From UHGV virus genome UHGV-0096231: DNA of 40,810 nt, one strand, 5' to 3'. This stretch comes from a virus. Below are positions 40,323 to 40,810 of this stretch, piece by piece. The notes beneath the pieces were generated by a model. The model had not been told where the DNA came from, did no database searches, and saw only the letters and a list, made by a program, of their open reading frames with translations. The translations under genes were made by a program, and so were the position numbers. How positions within the stretch are numbered: the first letter of the stretch is position 1; every line of letters begins with the position of its first letter.

Positions 40323-40730
40323 TTAACACTTGCCTTTAACATTGCCGACAAATGAGCCTGTAAATGAGCCTATATCAGATCGACTAATTGTTCGTGTATG
40401 GATCACTTTTCCGTCATTTGAGATTGCCCATGTGACAAGCGTCAGTTGACCATCTCGATAGCTTCTTCCCATCATGGCATTCGGAGATAGCGGGTAATAA
40501 TCAATACCTCCACCTATACCATCTTTTGCCAAGATAAGATCCGCCTTCTCTTTACTTATTACCAAATGAAAGGTATCTGGTATAGATGATAACTTATAGT
40601 TATACCCATCTGAACTTGAGGCTTCTTGTCCTTTCAGATCACCAATAATCCAGCATTCAGCGTTCGCTCCAAAAGAAGCAAATAATAAACCGGAGACAAC
40701 CAATCGCTTCAATTGATTCACACCAACCCT
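40323..40730 (-). CDS. secreted (signal-peptide) hypothetical protein, convergent with the 701-aa gene
   Basis: Start placed at a GTG with AGGGAGGG RBS, giving MNQLKRLVVSGLLFASFGANA-E..., a typical Sec signal peptide with an ANA cleavage motif. About 135 aa. The ORF track gives a longer version, 40323..40790. Confidence 0.5.
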   Translation of the reverse strand, partial: RVGVNQLKRLVVSGLLFASFGANAECWIIGDLKGQEASSSDGYNYKLSSIPDTFHLVISKEKADLILAKDGIGGGIDYYPLSPNAMMGRSYRDGQLTLVTWAISNDGKVIHTRTISRSDIGSFTGSFVGNVKGKC

Positions 40731-40810
40731 CCCTTTAGCGTTGTTTAGAATGGCAATCATCATATATCCAAGACATGGCATTTGGTACATAGCTTGGGTC
40801 GGGATTTCAA

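Overview
This 40.8 kb window reads as two mobile elements in tandem, both annotated from sequence alone with no database searches. (1) Positions 1 to about 26.7 kb are the late half of an e14-like temperate prophage: an HNH endonuclease, small and large terminase, HK97-type portal, protease and major capsid, a Mu-type contractile tail and baseplate, tail fibre genes with an inverted alternative fibre segment, and a Pin serine invertase. Downstream of pin, where E. coli K-12 e14 carries mcrA, there is instead a cargo islet: a solitary GIY-YIG-motif protein, a convergent EcoRII-like restriction-modification pair, and a 326-aa protein with a PD-(D/E)xK-like motif. Three copies of a roughly 45 bp hairpin-forming repeat punctuate this islet. 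(2) At 26734-26779 a 46 bp identity to the 3' end of tRNA-Thr(CGU) (thrW) marks an att core. It is followed by repeated arm-type motifs and a P4-family integrase, an AlpA regulator, an Ant-like protein, an operon of small translationally coupled genes, a P4 alpha-like primase flanked by iteron clusters, and then an unexplained operon (52, 453 and 701 aa) with a convergent secreted protein. No capsid genes appear in this second element within the window, so it looks like a phage satellite or integrative island. The best candidates for something undescribed are the 52/453/701 operon, the 326-aa nuclease-like gene, the GIY-YIG gene, and a HEPN-like gene at the far left. No rRNA, intact tRNA, CRISPR array or IS element was seen. 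Hand-counted coordinates may be off by 1-2 bp.
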